64,000 bases of DNA from Squalus acanthias (lineage: Eukaryota): positions 57,290,001 through 57,354,000 of the forward strand of contig CM059432.1 of NCBI GenBank assembly GCA_030390025.1, read 5' to 3'. Both the position numbers and the translations under genes were made by a program. Under the pieces are notes generated by a model. The model had not been told where the DNA came from, made no database searches, and was given only the letters and a program-made list of their open reading frames with translations. Positions 34,645-47,549 of this stretch are shown here, one piece after another (the first letter of the stretch is position 1; the number at the start of each line of letters is the position of its first letter).

Positions 34645-35505
34645 GGGGGGAATTTTAACCTGGAGGAGCGCATGGGGTTGGGTACAGATGGGGGTTAAAA
34701 TGGGCAAAAATGCGACTGCGTTGGGAAGCCAGCGCCAACCTGTCAACTTCCCCGTTAACTTGAATGCGTTAGGCTGCATACGCGCAACACCCTCGGGTGA
34801 GGCAGGTTTCTTATTAACATATGCTAATCGCTCAGTTGGAGTGATACTTCAACTCAGTTTTACATTTAACGTCGCATCCACTGGTTTTCTGGACTTCCTG
34901 AACCTCGCCAGTGAAAGCAAGGCGAGAACACAATGGCAATTGAGGGGGCTAAATCAAATTAATCGAAATACTGTAATAAATACTCAGTACTTACAACTGC
35001 TTTCTTACTAGCTAGTCGGAAAGGGTTTGTTCACAGTACTTTTGCTGAGAGTTTATTTTCTTCACTTTGGAGGTTTTCTGAATCACAGCAGGATGGGTGG
35101 AGCCTTGACTTCCTTAGATTGGACCACAGACAGGAGCAATATGACCAGCAGCAGCACCAGCACCAGCAGCAGCAGCAGCAGCAGCACCAGCCTGCTCTAG
35201 ACAGCAGAGAGGGGAGCAGCATAGAAGGGAGCAGCAGAGAGAGCAGCAGTAGAGAGGGCAGCAGCAAGAGGGGAGCAACAGAGGGGTGCAGCTCGCAGGA
35301 GGCACTACCCGTGACACAGGGTGTACAGGCAGAGGCTGAGTTTCCTTGACATGTCGGAACAGTAGTGCTTCAGGAGGCCAACGTTGTTGCGTTAAGTGGT
35401 GGCAGTAACCTACAGCCTCCTAGAAGAAGACTTACTCCCTGCTGGACCTGGTGGCCATGTGTACCAGCAGCTGTCAAAGTCACCATCGCTTTCAACTTTT
35501 TAACT
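34645..35505 (+). mobile_element. Harbinger left end plus degraded transposase N-terminus with (CAG)n
   Basis: GGGGGAATTTTAAC TIR; CAG runs at 35141-35190; downstream RVYRQRLSFLDMS-like sequence. Confidence 0.7.
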
Positions 35506-35589
35506 ATGCCCTAACTATAATCCTTCACAGTGCTCTCTATTCAGGAACCATTCCTTTAGATTGAAAAATTGCGCATGTCACTCGCTATT

Positions 35590-37320
35590 TAAGAACATAA
35601 GAACATAAGAAGTAAGAGCAGGAGTAGGCCATACGTCCCTCGAGCCTGCTCCGCCATTCAATAAGATCATGGCTGATCCTCGACCTCAACTCCACTTTCC
35701 CGCCCGATCTCCATATCCCTTGATTCCCCTAGAGTCCAAAAATCTATCTATCTCAGCCTTGAATATACTCAAAGACTCAGCATTCACAGCCCTCTGGGGC
35801 AGAGAATTCCAAAGATTCACAACCCTCTGAGTGAAGAAATTCCTCCTCATCTCAGTCTTAAATGGCCTATCCCTTATTCTGAGACTATGCCCCCTAGTTC
35901 GAGACACTCCAGCTAGGGGAAACAACCTCTCAGCATCTACCCTGTCAATCCCCTTCAGAATCTTGTATGTTTCAATGAGATCACCTCTCATTCTTCTAAA
36001 CTCCAGAGAGTATAGGCCCATTCTACACAATCTCTCATCATAGGACAGCCCTCTCATCCCAGGAATCAATCTAGTGAACCTTCGTTGCACCGCCTCCAAG
36101 GCAAGTATATCCTTCCTTAGATAAGGAGACCAAAACTGTGCACAGTGCTCCAGGTGTGGTCTTACCAAGGCCCTGTAGAATTGTAGCAAGACTTCCTTAC
36201 ACTCCAACCCCCTTGCAATAAAGGCCAACATGTCATTTGCCTTCCTTATTGCTTGCTGTACCTGCATGCTAACTTTCTGTGTTTCTTGCATGAGGACACA
36301 CAAATCTCTCTGAACATCAACATTTGAAAGTTTCCACCATTTAAAAAATATTCTGTTTTTCTATTCTTCCTACCAAAATGAATAACTTCACATTTCCCTA
36401 CATTATACTCCATCTGCCACCTTACTGCCCACTCACTTAGTCTATTTATATCCCTTTGCAGACTCTTTGGGCTGGATTTTTTCAGCCCCGAGGAGGCGGG
36501 ACTGCCGGGAAAGTTGCAGAATTTGGGGACGGGTGGCAAACCAGGAGGCGGGAAGCCGTCCTACTCCGGGTCCCATCTCCTTGGAGGCGGGAAGGGATTA
36601 AAGCCTATTAACTGCCTGTTAACAGGTAGTAAATAGGATTATCCCCATTTTTCGTCCTGAAGTGCGGGCTTCCCGACCTGGGGGAAGCCCGCCTGGGGTG
36701 TAGGAGGTGAATAGGAGGTCGGAGGGGTCTGAAAGTGCGATGTAGAGGTGAGTGATGGGTGCAAGTGTGGAGTGGTAAGTACGTGAGGTGAGTGTAAAGT
36801 GTTAGAAAATGTTAACTTACCTTTGTTTCGACCTACAGCTTTCAGCCACTGTGGAGCCGGAGTCCCCGACATCTCCATTGTAGAGATCACAGACTGGCTG
36901 TTGCATCCTCCGATACAACAGCCAGCAGATTTCTGCAAAGTAGAAAGGTTTGAAGAGTCCTGAACACAAGGACTCATCAAACTACACAGAATGTCAGTGT
37001 TTGACAGTTTCACAGAGCTGTCAAACGATGACATTTCTTCTTTCAAAAGTTCTTGACAGATGACACGTCATACGTTGACGTGCTCTGTCACTGACTTCCC
37101 TCTAATAGGCCTGCTGAGCCCGCCGGGCGGGCTTAACAAGGTCAATCAGGGGAAATTCCCGCTGGTTGGCCAGAAGCTGATGGAGGCGGCAAGGAGCAGT
37201 CCCGCCTCCAAAAGCTTCCCATTCAGAAAATCCAGCCCTCACAGCTTACTGTCCCACCTAGCTTTGTATCATCAGCAAACCTGGATACATTACACTCGGT
37301 CCCTTCATCTAGGTCATTAA
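35590..37320 (-). mobile_element. CR1 3' fragment with tail, interrupted by a family-1 MITE at 36469-37238
   Basis: ORF 35686-36303 is the ORF2 C-terminus; (TAAGAACA)n tail on +; MITE TIRs GGGCTGGATTTT / AAAATCCAGCCC. Confidence 0.88.
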
Positions 37321-37324
37321 TATA

Positions 37325-37930
37325 AGAATGGTGAGAAAAGGAAAACAAGGAATTAAAGATCAGTTAGCCTAACATCTGTTGTTCGGAAATTACTCGAGTC
37401 TATAATTAAGGATCGAGTGACTGAATACCTTGAAAATTTTCAGCTCATGAGACCGAGCCAGCATATATTTGTAAAGGGTAGGTCATGCCTGACGAACCTG
37501 ATTGAATGTTTTGAAGAGGTTACTAAAGTAGTGGACAGGGGAATGTCTATGGATGTTATTTATATGGCCTTCCAGAAGGCATTTGATAAAGTCCCTCAGA
37601 AGAGACTGTTAACTAAAGTTGAAGCCCATGGAATTGAAGGCAAATTATTGACCTGGTTAGGAAATTGGCTGAGCGGCAGGAGTCAGAGAGCACGGATAAT
37701 GGGCAGGTACTCTAATTGATAGGATGTGACTTGTGGTATCCCGCAAGGATCTGTGTTGGGGCCTCAACTAGTCACCGTATTTATTAATGACTTAGATGAT
37801 GGGATAGAAAGCCACATATCCAAATTTGCCGATGACACAAAGATAGGCAGCATTGTAGGCAGTGTAGATGGAAGCATAGAATTTCAAAGAGATATTGATA
37901 GATTAAACGAATGGGTAAAACTGTGGCAAT
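37325..37930 (+). mobile_element. CR1 RT fragment
   Basis: FQKAFDKVP, GIPQGSVLGP, FADDTK. Confidence 0.85.
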
Positions 37931-37935
37931 GATGG

Positions 37936-39385
37936 TAGAGCCCAGCACGTGAGTACAAAAAACAAAGCTGAAGCGTTTGCAACCATATTCAGCCAGAGGT
38001 GCCGAGTGGATGATCCATATCGGCCTCCTCCTGAGGTCTCCACCACCACAGAAGCCAGTCTTCAGCCAATTCGATTCACTCCACGTGATATCACGAAACA
38101 GCTGAGCGCACTGGATACAGCAAAGGCTGTGGGCCCCAACAACATCCCGGCTGTCGTGCTGAAGACTTGTGCTCCAGAACTAGCCGCGCCTCTAGCCAAG
38201 CTGTTCCAGTACAGCTATAGCACTGGCATCTATCCGACAATGTGGAAAACTGCCCAGGTATGTCCTGTCCACAAAAAGCAGGACAAATCCAATCCATCCA
38301 ATTACCGCCCCATCAGTCTACTCTCAATTATCAGCAAAGTGATAGAAGGTGTCGTCTTCAGTACTATCAAGCAGCACTTACTCACCAATAACCTGCTTAC
38401 TGATACTCAGTTTGCGTTCCGCCAGGACCACTCGGCTCCAGACCTCATTACAGCCTTGGCCCAAACATGGACAAAAGAGCTGAATTCCAGAGGTGAGGTG
38501 AGAGTAACTGCCCTTGACATCAAGGGAGCATTTGACTGAGTGTGGCATCAAGGAGCCCTAGTAAAACGGAACTAAATGGGAATTGGGGGAAAACTCTCCA
38601 CTGGCTGGAGTCATACCTAGCACAAAGGAAGATGGTTGTGGTGGTTGGAGGTCAATCATCACAGTCCCAGGACATCGCTGCAGGAGTTCTTCTGATCAAT
38701 GTCCTAGGCCCAACCCCCTTCAGCTGCTTCATCAATGACCTCCCCTCCATCATAAGGTCAGAAGTGGGGATGTTCGCTGATGACTGCACAGTGTTCAGTG
38801 CCATTCGCAACTCCTCAGATAATGAAGCAGTCCATGCCCGCATGCAGCAAGACCTGGACGACATTCAGGCTTGGGCTGATACGTGGCAGGTAACATTCGC
38901 ACCACACAAGTGCCAGGCAATGACTATCTCCAACAAGCGAGCATCTAACCACCACCCCTTGACATTCAACAGCATTACCATCGCAGAATCCCCCACCATC
39001 AATATCCTGGGGGTCACTATTGACCAGAAACTTAACTGGACTAGCCACATAAATACTGTAGCAACAAGAGCAGGTCAGAGGCTGGGTATTCTGTGGCGAG
39101 TGTCTCACCTTCTGACACCCCAAAGCCTTTACACCATCTACAAGGCACAAGTCAGGAGTGTGATGGAATACTCTCCACTTGCCTGAATGAGTGCAGCTCC
39201 AACAACACTCAAGAAGCTCAACACCATCCAAGACAAAACAACCTGCTTGATTGGCACCCCATCCACCACCTTAAACATTCACTCCCTCCACCACCGGCAT
39301 GCCGTGGCTGCAGTGTGCACCATCTACAAGATGCACTGCAGCAACTTGCCAAGGCTTCTTCGACAGGACCTCCCAAACCCGTGAC
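37936..39385 (+). mobile_element. LINE B RT pseudogene
   Basis: Highly similar to 1086-2745; FADDC motif. Confidence 0.9.
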
Positions 39386-40405
39386 CAGTGGCTGGTCCAG
39401 TTAAGTTTCTGATCAATGGTGACCCCAGGATGTTGATGGTGGGGGATTCGGCGATGGTAACGCCGTTGAATGTCAAGGGGCGGTGGTTAGAGATGGCCAT
39501 TGCCTGGCACTTGTGTGGCGCAAATGTTATTTGCCACTTATCAGCCCAAGCCTGAATGTCGTCCAGGTCTTGTTGCATGCGGGCATGGACTGCTTCATTA
39601 TCTGAGGAGTTGCATATGGAACTGAGCACTGTGTCATCATCATCGAACATCCCCACTTCTGACCTTCTGCTGGATGGAAGGTCATTGATGAAGCAGCTGA
39701 AGATGGTTGGGCCTAGGACACTGCCCTGAGGAACTCCTGCAGCGATGTCCTGGGGCTGAGATGATAGACCTCCGACCACCACAACCATCTTCCTTTGTGC
39801 TAGGTATGACTTCCAGCCAGTTGAGAGTTTCCCCCCCCCCTCGATTCCCATTGACTTCAGTTTTACTAGGGCTCCTTGATGCCACACTCAGTCAAATGCT
39901 GCCTTGATGTCAAGGGCAGTCACTCTCACCTCACCTCTGGAATTCAGCTCTTTTGTCCATGTTTGGACCAAGGCTGTAAGGTCTGGAGCTGAGTGGTCCT
40001 GGCGGAACCCAAACTGGGCATCAGTGAGTAGGTTATTGGTGAGTAAGTGCCGCTTGATAGCACTGTCAACAACACCTTCCATCACTTTGCTGATGATTGA
40101 GAGTAGACTGATGGGGCAGTAATTGGCTGGATTGGATTTGTCCTGTTTTTTGTGGACAGGACATACCTGGGCAGTTTTCCACACTGTTGGATAGATGCCA
40201 GTGTTGTAGCTGTACTGGAACATCTTGGCTAGAGGCGCAGCTAGTTCTGGAGCACAAGTCTTCAGCACGACAGCTGGGATGTTGTCGGGGCCCACAGCCT
40301 TTGCTGTATCCAGTGCACTCAGCCTTTTCTTGATATCACGTGGAGTGAATTGAATTAGCTGAAGACTGGCTTCTGTGATGGTGGGGACCTCAGGAGAAGG
40401 CCGAT
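39385..40405 (-). mobile_element. LINE B RT pseudogene, inverted relative to its neighbour
   Basis: ORFs 39888-40295 and 39324-39887 repeat the same RT peptide on the minus strand. Confidence 0.9.
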
Positions 40406-40406
40406 A

Positions 40407-40756
40407 TTAGTTTTGATAGAGTAAATAAGGGGAAACTGTTTCCAGTGGCAGAAGGGTCGGTAACCAAAGGACACAGATTCAAGGTGATTGGCAAAAGAAC
40501 CAGAGGTGACAAGAGGAAACATTTTTTTACACAGCAAGTTGTTGTGATTTGGAATGTATTGCCTGAAAGGGTGGTGGAAGCAGATTCAATAGTAACATTC
40601 AAAAGAGAATTGGATAAATACTTGAAGGAAAAAAATTACAGGGCCATGAGGAAAGAGCGGGGCGAGTGTGACTAATTGGATAGTTCTACCAAGAGCCGGC
40701 ACAGGCACAATGGGCCGAATGGCCTGCTTTTGTGCTGTATCATTCTATGATTCTAT
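40407..40756 (+). mobile_element. CR1 3' end with tail
   Basis: TKGHRFKV...FFTQQVV.IWN; (ATTCTATG)n tail. Confidence 0.8.
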
Positions 40757-40868
40757 TAAACCCGGAAATAAAATGCAAATGAGCTGGCGGAGTTAAAATG
40801 TCACTGACAGACCTGCTGGACTTACTTCTGGGCTTCCCACGCGATATTCGATCCCCCCCGCTCCCAAC

Positions 40869-41016
40869 CAATGTCCCTCTAACTTTTTTTTCCGAGCGCG
40901 TCCCGTTAAATTTGCTGCGCGGTATCCTTTCATGGGGCAGCAGCTGGTGAGTGGCCTGCGCAGGACCATTCAATCGATGCGGGGCTGCACACCCACGCAC
41001 CTTAGGGGGAACGTTG
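40869..41016. mobile_element. hAT-type MITE
   Basis: TIR CAATGTCCCTCTAA / TTAGGGGGAACGTTG; 8-bp TSD CTCCCAAC / CTCCTAAC. Confidence 0.7.
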
Positions 41017-42665
41017 CTCCTAACACGTCTACGAGTTAATATCGGGGCCCTGGTTTATTTTTTTAATCAAGAACGGGGCAGAAGTGAGAATAAAATAGAA
41101 AGAAGGCCTCACTGTTGATTTGCCATCCGATGCAATTTTCAATCAGGACTTGATTTAGGCGGCCACTGCTCTTGCCAGAAACAGGTGGGAGCCTCATTAA
41201 TCTATGCAAATCCGGAACCTTGTCATACATAGGATCCCAATGCAATTTTGGTGTTTCAATGCACAAGCCCCACCCAGTGGAATTCAATGTAGAGGGGTCT
41301 AACTAATGGTTCTTAAAGGAACCACTGCAGGCCACTTGGCAAAAACTCCAGGTAAGTTCTTTTAACAATTTTTTTGAGGTCAGGAGGATGCTCCTCTCGC
41401 ACCACAAAAATCGTTCCACCCACTGCCGGATCCTCTGAGCCCCTTCCCACATTTGCCTGCTCTCGTTTAATTGAATACTGATGGCTCGTCTCCATGGAGA
41501 TGCTGCAGGATTTCCTGCCACACGATGGGTGAGCTGCCTGTCAGTGCTTGGAATGTGCTGGCAGCTCTTCTCTTATATTTAAATGAGGCCCAATCACCAA
41601 AATTTAATTGCAACTCACCGGTTCCAGGCCAGTGCAATATCGGGCGGCTGAAAGGCTGAGCCAGCTGGCACCAATGTAGGTCAGGGGAAGGGCCACTCAC
41701 TAGACATGGGGGGGGGAACCAGATGCCCACATTAGTTTTGTGGAGCCCAGAGGCGCCTCACAAAAAATAATTAAAAACATACCTTTTTGGCTCCCCTTCA
41801 GCTGGACCGCCAGTTGAAACTGCACGGCGCACGCTCTGCCCAGTTGTGTTCCAAAACGGAAATGGGGTCCTATGTACATCATAGGACCCCAATTTGCATA
41901 GTAAAATGACCTACCGGCAGTTTGAGGCTGGTGCAGTAGGCAATTCTGAAGATGGTGTCAGCCAGAATGGTGAGATACGCTTTTCCCCACCATTTTAGGG
42001 GCGCTGCCACCCTGTTTCCGCCCAGTGGCGCCAGTGAAAAATCAAGGGCACCTTTAAAACGAATACTTGTACATCCATTTTATCTCAGAAAAGTATACCC
42101 TCTGCCCACACAAACTTCTTTCCTGCTATTTTATATACCTAAGGGCTTCATTTCTTCTTTACGCTATTTTTAGCAGACTGATTAACATGTTTGTGTTACA
42201 TTCCCATGTGTAATATTTTAGCACTGGGGTAGGGATGCAAGTGTACAGTTGGAATTTAATTGGAACATTTATACCACACTTTCTCACAGTGGAATTTTAC
42301 ATATTGGGTTAGATAGCAGTCTGTGTTTATATTATTAATGTTCCCTTTTGTAGTTTGTGGTTCAATCTGAAAAATAAAACAATTATATTCATGAATAATC
42401 CTGCAATATCAAAAGAATCCTACAAAATAAGAAAGAAATCTGGAGATATTAAAAAGTTACAAACTCACAGAATAATGAAGATTGTTCAATTGTATTACTA
42501 TCTATATTTGAAATCCTGTTCTTTAACATGGATTTCATAGGTTAGAAGTTCCAATCATCGAAGTTCACATGAATGTTAAATGCACTCATGCTACACTTCT
42601 GCTATTTTTATACAGACGTTAACTCGTATACTTTAATTAAGTTAATGCCTGTGTAATATTTTTTT

Positions 42666-43629
42666 TTGATATATATAAATGACCTGGATATTAGAATACA
42701 GAGTAGAATTTCTAAATTTGCCGATTATACCAAACTTGGGGGTATGGCAAACAGTGAGGATGATACCAATCGACTGCAACAGGACATAGAAAGGCTAGCA
42801 GAATGGGCAGAGAAGTGGCAGATGGAATTTAATACAGAGAAGTGTGACATGATGCATTTTGGCAGAAGGAACAGAGAGAGGCAATATACACTTAATGGCA
42901 CAGTTTTAAAGAGTGTGCAGGGATAGAGGGACCTGGAATTTAATGTGCATAGGTCCCTGAAGGTGGCAGGACATATTGAGAGAGTGGTTAGCAAAGCATA
43001 TGGGATCTTGGGCTTCATAAATAGAGGTATTGAGTACAAAAGTAGAGAAGTTATGCTGAACCTTTATAAAGCGCTGGTTAGGCCACAACTGGAGTATTGT
43101 GTCCAGTTCTGGTCACCACACTTTAGGAAGGATGTGAAGGCCCTTGAGGGGTTGTAGAGGAGATTTACCAGAATGATTCCGGGGATGGGGGATCTTAGCT
43201 ACAAGGACAGGTTGGAGAAGCTGGATTTGTTTTCATTAGAGCAAAGGAGGTTGAGGGGTGATTTGATAGAGGTGTACAAGATTATGACGGGTTTGGATAG
43301 GTTAGCGGGGGACAGGCTGTTCCCACTAGTTGATGGTACAAGGACTAGGGGACACAGATTTAAGGTTTTGGGCAAGAGATACAGGGGGGACGTGAGGAAA
43401 AACTTCTTTACGCAGTGAATGGTGAGGACCTGGAACTCGCTGCCGACGGAAGTGGTGGAAGTGGAGACACTCAATGTTTTCAAGGGGAGACTGGATAGGC
43501 ACTTGAGGGAAATACACTTGCAGGGCTACAGGGATAGAGCGGGGGAATGGGACTGACTGGATCGCTCCACAGAGAGCCGGCACGGACTCGATGGGCCGAA
43601 TGGCCTCCTTCTGTGCCGTATGACTCTAT
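42666..43629 (+). mobile_element. CR1 3' fragment
   Basis: IYINDLD, FADYTK, LYKALVRPQLEYC; (TATGACTC) tail. Confidence 0.88.
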
Positions 43630-44456
43630 GGGGGTGATTTTGCCAATGGGGAGCTTTTGGAGGCGGGACTCCAACTTGTCGGGTTTCAGTCCCGCCTCCA
43701 TCAACTTCTGGCCAACCCATGCTATTTTCCCTTGATTGACCTTGTTAAGCCCACCCAGCGGGCTTAGCAGGCCAATTAAGGGAAAGCCGGTTGCAGAGAA
43801 CGTCAACGTATGATGTTTCATCTGTCAAACATTTTTGACAGATGAATTGTCATCGTTTGACAGCTCTGTGAAGCTGTCAAACACTGACATTTTCTGTAGT
43901 TTGATGAAGTCTTGAATTCAAGGCTTCATCAAACATCTTTCTTTTGCAGAAATGAGATGGTTGTTGCATTGGAGAATGCAACGACCATCTGTCATCTCTG
44001 CCATGGAGGTGCGAGACTCTCCGCATACCCACCGAATGAAGCTTGCAGGAAGAAACAAAGGTAAGTACACTTTCACTAACACTTTGCACTTACCTCAGAT
44101 ACTCCACTCTTGCACCCATCACTCACCTCCACGGCACACTTTTACACCCCCCTGACCCCCGCAGACCCACTACTCGCCTCGCTGACCTGGCGGGTTTCGG
44201 AGCATTCGGGAAGCCCGCACTTGTGAGGGCAAAAAGGGGATAATCCTATTTTCTGCCTGTTAACTAGCTGTTAACAGGCAGTTAATTGGCTTTAATCCCT
44301 TCCCGCCTCCAAGGAGACGAGACCCGGCGCGGGACGGCTACCCGCCTCCTGGCAAGATGGCATGGAGGCGGGTTGGGCACCCGCCCCCAGATTCTGCCAT
44401 TTTCCCGGTAGTCCTGCCTCCATACCTGCCTCCCCAGGGCTGGCAAGATCGCGCCC
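43630..44456. mobile_element. Harbinger MITE family 1
   Basis: TIRs GGGGTGATTTTGCCA / TGGCAAGATCGCGCCC; colinear with 46153-46987. Confidence 0.85.
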
Positions 44457-45859
44457 ACTGACTCTATTAATGCACACAGAAATGCATTAAGTGCTTGTAT
44501 GTGAACTTCAACAATATATGTTGAACTGAAGACTGAAAAAGGTTCCCCAAAACTTGAGTAAATATAAAAATCTATGGGAATTTCTTTAAAAAAAGTGAAT
44601 ATGAAGAGGCAAATAAGCATTTTATTTTAGTTAAATTTTCTGTGAACGTTTTAGCTTTGCTCAAACAATGCAAGGCAAAATTCCTGGATCTTTGTGCAGC
44701 GGCATTTCATTACTGAGTAGCATGGGTCTCATCGACTATCATTTCAAATATAGACAGGGTTTCTAACCATGGCTCCCAACAACCGAGACAAAATAAGATG
44801 GATGCAAAAGTGTATTGTGGGTACAAATATGTTCAAAATGATCAGATTCCCCCTTGTGTACTGAAGCTGATTTATAGGCAATCTGCGGTGCCAGATTTAT
44901 GTTTTAAATGTTAGTAAAGAGCAGCGAGGACAGGCAGACCTTTTCTAGGATTAAACATTGCACTGGTATTTGGACACCAACAGAGTACCGTGCATGTGCT
45001 TAAGTATGTATAATGACATCTCTTATTTGCAGCATACTCAATTGGACACTTTGCTGCCTGATGCCTTCTTTATTTCTGACTGATACTTACAGATTCACAC
45101 AAGCTCAACACTATGTCTGTAGCAGGTCGGGAGCTGGTGGAAAGAATGAGCAGGCCCTTCAGGTAAGTGAAGACATTTCCTTTATGGGGCCAGGAGGAAC
45201 AGGAGTGCTCCTCCAGGCTCCACAAGGAAAGTTTAGTCCTCCTCTGCTCCAGACTACTCTCCCCTCCCACAAGACCCTCTGAAGCCCCATCTCTGCCACT
45301 TACCTACAACCCGGTGGTCAGCTGCCAACAGCCGCTCTGAACCCTCTTCCCACCCAGATTGGGTGGAAGGTGAACCAACGGCATTTAAATGAGGCCCAGG
45401 AGTTAAAATGCTCCGGGTCCGATACTTAACGCATTTCACCCTTGCCTTACACCCCCACCAACGTCCACCAACCCCCACCACACCAACCCCCCCCACCCCC
45501 CGCCCCCACCTGCCTGAAACCCACTCGAGGCTAAAATTGACTCAGTGGAATTCTTCAGTGAATAGCTTACAAGCCTCTAAGTGGTCAGCAAATCAAGAGC
45601 TGCGCTGCAACGCAACAAGGGAAATTCAGAGTGTGGTCACTTTGAATTAATTTACATGATTTTGAAGGGGCTAATGGGCCTAACACACACACATAGTGCT
45701 GCCTCAAAAATGTGAAACTCCTTTCAATCCATGGAATCAGGAGTTCAGCATCGGGTGAGCTGAGGTCTACCCCCTACCCTACCCTCGACTCTGCTGCTAG
45801 TGAGAGGCTGCTCCATGGGTACACCATCGAGGAATTGGCCCTTCTGGCTTAAATGCTCA

Positions 45860-47070
45860 GGGTTGAGTGAACTGGGTGGTACAGTGGGGTTCGACACTAG
45901 CCATCCTCCTCTGGAACTTGGGTTCAAATCTAGCTCAGATAGTTAGGGTGAAAGTCTCTTCTGTCATTTTGACTGTAAGGGTCCCATGTAGAATGGATTT
46001 GGGCAGTCTTAATTCAGTTTCAAGTGAAAAAACTGCCCCCAGTTTGGCACTAATTGGAAATGTCACTCAGACAGGCCAAAGTGTGGCGGGTGTGGGAAAT
46101 GGAAGAAAATATCAAAATGGTACAGTAAGTGAGGTTAGGACTGAGACACAATGGGCTGAATTTTGCCAATGGGGAGCTTTTAGAGGCAGGACTCCCACTT
46201 GTCGGGTTTCAGTCCCGCCTCCATCAACTTCTGGCCAACCCACGCTATTTTCCCTTGATTGACCTTGTTAAGCCCGCCCAGCGGGCTTAGCAGGCCAATT
46301 AAGGGAATGCCGGTTACAGAGAATGTCAACGTATGATGTTTCATCTGTCAAAAATTTTTGACAGATGAATTGTCATCGTTTGACAGCTCTGTGAAGCTGT
46401 CAAACACTGACATTCTCTGTAGTTTGATGAGTCCTTGTATTCAAGACTCATCAAACCTCTTTCTTTTGCAGAAATTAGATGGTTGTTGCATTGGAGAATG
46501 CAACGGCCATCTGTCATCTCCAACGCAGTGGTGCGAGACTCTCCGCATACCCAACTCTTGAAGCCTGCAGGAAGAAACAAAGGTAAGTAAACTTTTACTA
46601 ACACTTTCCACTTACCTCACATACTCACCTCTCCACACTTGCACCCATCACTTACCTTCACAGCACACTTTTGCACCCCTCCGACCCCCGCAGACCCACT
46701 GCTCGCCTTGGTGACCCTGGCGGGGTTCGGAGCCTTCGGGTAGTCCGCACTTGTGTGGGTAAAATGGGAATAATCCTCTTATCTGCCTGTTAACTATCTA
46801 TTAACAGGCAGATAAGTGGAACTAATCCCCTTCCTGCCTCCAAGGAGATGGGACCCGGCGCAGGTCGGCTACCCGCCTCCTGGCAAGATGGCACAGAGGC
46901 GGGTTGGGCCCCCGCCCCCAGATTCTGCCATTTTCCCGGAAGTCCCGCCTCCATACCCGCCTACCCAGGGCTGGCAAGATCTCGCCCAATGTTAGGGTAG
47001 AATGGAAGGAGCCTAACTCAGCATCTATGTGTGCTGCACTTGATCTGGAAGCGCTTGATGCTGAGTATCA
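45860..47070 (+). mobile_element. LF-SINE-like element split by a family-1 MITE (46153-46987, AAT TSD)
   Basis: B-box GGTTCAAATC followed by GAAAGTC, GGCACTAATTGG and AGGCCAA blocks resembling the LF-SINE consensus as recalled. Confidence 0.55.
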
Positions 47071-47549
47071 ACAACCCTCAAGGTTAAAAATAAGGGGAAT
47101 TAAAGCTTTTTAAGGTTTTGTTTGATTTGCAGACTTTCTTTTATATAGTCCCTTTAGAGACCTCTGGCAATTATTAATTTACTCTAAACTCTACTTCACA
47201 AGGGAACAGGCCATTAACTTCAATGAAGGTTTAATCAATCTGCTTCTTGATGATATCTTCTATTCGACATCATACATGCCAACCTAGGAACCTAGCAAAG
47301 GCGGACCAACAGTTCGAAAAAAGCTGATAATTAAAGAATAGCTCGAACATTTAGTTACACAGCTTTGTAAAGTAAACTGTAGGTATACTCAATATTCCTT
47401 CACTGGTACTGGAGGAAAAAAGAACATAAGTACATGAAAGCCTGCACGGGGAATCCAATTGCTAAAAACACAAAATTGGTTAAGCATTTCTAGGGAGGTC
47501 CAGGGGGCTTGCTCCCATGGAAAATTTTGCATTTTTTTTTAAACTAAGA

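Noticed and set aside
35031..35349. PolyQ/polyC/polyA ORFs as host proteins
   Set aside because: Alternative frames of the CAG tract in a transposase remnant.
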